From Callorhinchus milii (taxonomy: Eukaryota): a DNA stretch of 64,000 bases. Within the stretch, counting starts at the first letter, position 1, and every line of letters starts with the position of its first letter. The translations under genes and the position numbers were made by a program. The notes under the pieces were generated by a model. That model was not told the DNA's origin. It worked only from the letters and a program-made list of their open reading frames with translations, and searched no databases. The DNA lies in contig NW_024704743.1 of NCBI RefSeq assembly GCF_018977255.1, positions 1,860,001 through 1,924,000 of the forward strand, read 5' to 3'. This document shows positions 62,980 through 64,000 of the stretch, in pieces.

Positions 62980-63116
62980 AGGCAAAACACTCCAGATGCC
63001 GGAAATCTGGTATAAACACAGAAGTGGCCGGGAACAGGCAGCAGGTCAGGCAGCACCCGCGGAGAGAGAGGAAAAAGGGGTTAAGGTTTCAGGTCGACGA
63101 CCTTTCGAGGGAACTG
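62980..63116 (-). mobile_element. Penelope-like element terminal-repeat fragment with a decayed minimal hammerhead motif
   Basis: Minus strand CAGTT-CCCTCGA-A-AGGTC-GTC-GACCT-GAAAC-CTTAA...TGCTGCCTGACCTGCTG resembles a chondrichthyan repeat recalled as CAGTTCTGATGAAAGGTC..GACCTGAAACGTTAAC; partial second copy at 55411-55479. Confidence 0.55.
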
Positions 63117-63570
63117 ACGAAATAAAGCCAACTTCACTCTACCCCAGGCGCCAGAATTTTACATTGACACGACGTCAGGAGCGCGTCCCTCAAGGGGTTG
63201 AAGGTGGGCGAGGGGGGCGTCCGAGGAAGGGGCGGGGGGGGGAAAAGGGGATCAGGGAAGCAAGGTGACTCTTTCGTTCACGATGGGGCCCGAATGGCCT
63301 CCTTCTGTACTGGGTGATTCTATGTTTCTAAAGATTCACCGCCCCCCCCTCCACCCCACAATCTGGAACTCTATCCCGCAATCCCTCCGGCTTACCCCCT
63401 CTCTCCCGCCTCCTTCAAGTCCTTAAATGTGGGAGATGGAAGGGTTTGAGACGAGACCACAATTCGAAACCAATCCTCACTCAAGACTGTGATTAAAACT
63501 CCACACGGGTCCCAGACAAGACACACACAGACACACAGACACACCCAGTCACACACACACACACACTTAC

Positions 63571-63646
63571 CTATATTTCGGGCGAAGTAGTCTCGGCACA
63601 GGTGGAGATCATTTTCGCACGAGATCAGAATAATTTCGGGCAAACT
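63571..63646 (-). CDS. PAXIP1: PAXIP1 (PTIP) third-last coding exon: [25 protein letters not shown]
   Basis: Minus-strand ttag acceptor and gtaagt donor; 76 nt; matches the PAXIP1 C-terminal BRCT sequence [20 protein letters not shown]. Confidence 0.94.
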
Positions 63647-64000
63647 CTAATATGGAAAGAGGAAAGGGCGGATGAATCAGGTGACAGGGAGGGGTTGGGG
63701 GAGGGGGTGGGGAGCACACGCAGATTTACTGACACACAACGGGGACACTGCCTTACGGGAGAACGTGCCAGCGTTTAATTCAATGATTACGTTTGCTCTG
63801 AGACGAGGGAATGTTTGTGGGGAACGCTGCTGTGCGCAATTGGCTGCCACTAAATATTTATAGTCAATTCACTTGACAGTATATTTTGTGAAGCACTTTG
63901 AGACGTGATAAGGTGCTACATCAAACACAAGGATTATTATTAATCTAAACACTCCAATAAGTGTTTAGCAACCCATCTAACTGGTTAAAGTGGCCAATTC

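Overview
Vertebrate genomic DNA, most likely from a cartilaginous fish (a chimaera or elephant-shark-like genome; inferred from the repeat content). The ORF track is largely uninformative because the genes are split into small exons. Reading splice sites by hand gives 24 in-frame + strand coding exons (127-50687, 2225 nt, about 740 aa) of DPP6, the catalytically dead DPP4-family Kv4 channel subunit. Its first exons, including the transmembrane segment, lie upstream of the window. The last three coding exons of PAXIP1 (PTIP) lie on the - strand (63646 down to 62218), tail-to-tail with DPP6 as in human. The last PAXIP1 intron is a clear U12-type AT-AC intron. Introns are crowded with a young tRNA(Ala)-headed SINE with an L2-type tail, older Deu-domain SINEs, L2 and CR1 3' fragments, a Penelope-like terminal fragment with a decayed hammerhead motif, an unclassified GC-rich repeat, and micro/minisatellites. 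I found no clearly new gene system. The best leads are the minor-spliceosome intron, an odd tandem donor with a stop codon in DPP6, recurrent back-to-back SINE-tail palindromes and the unclassified structured repeat. Repeat boundaries are approximate (about 10-20 bp) and only representative copies are listed.
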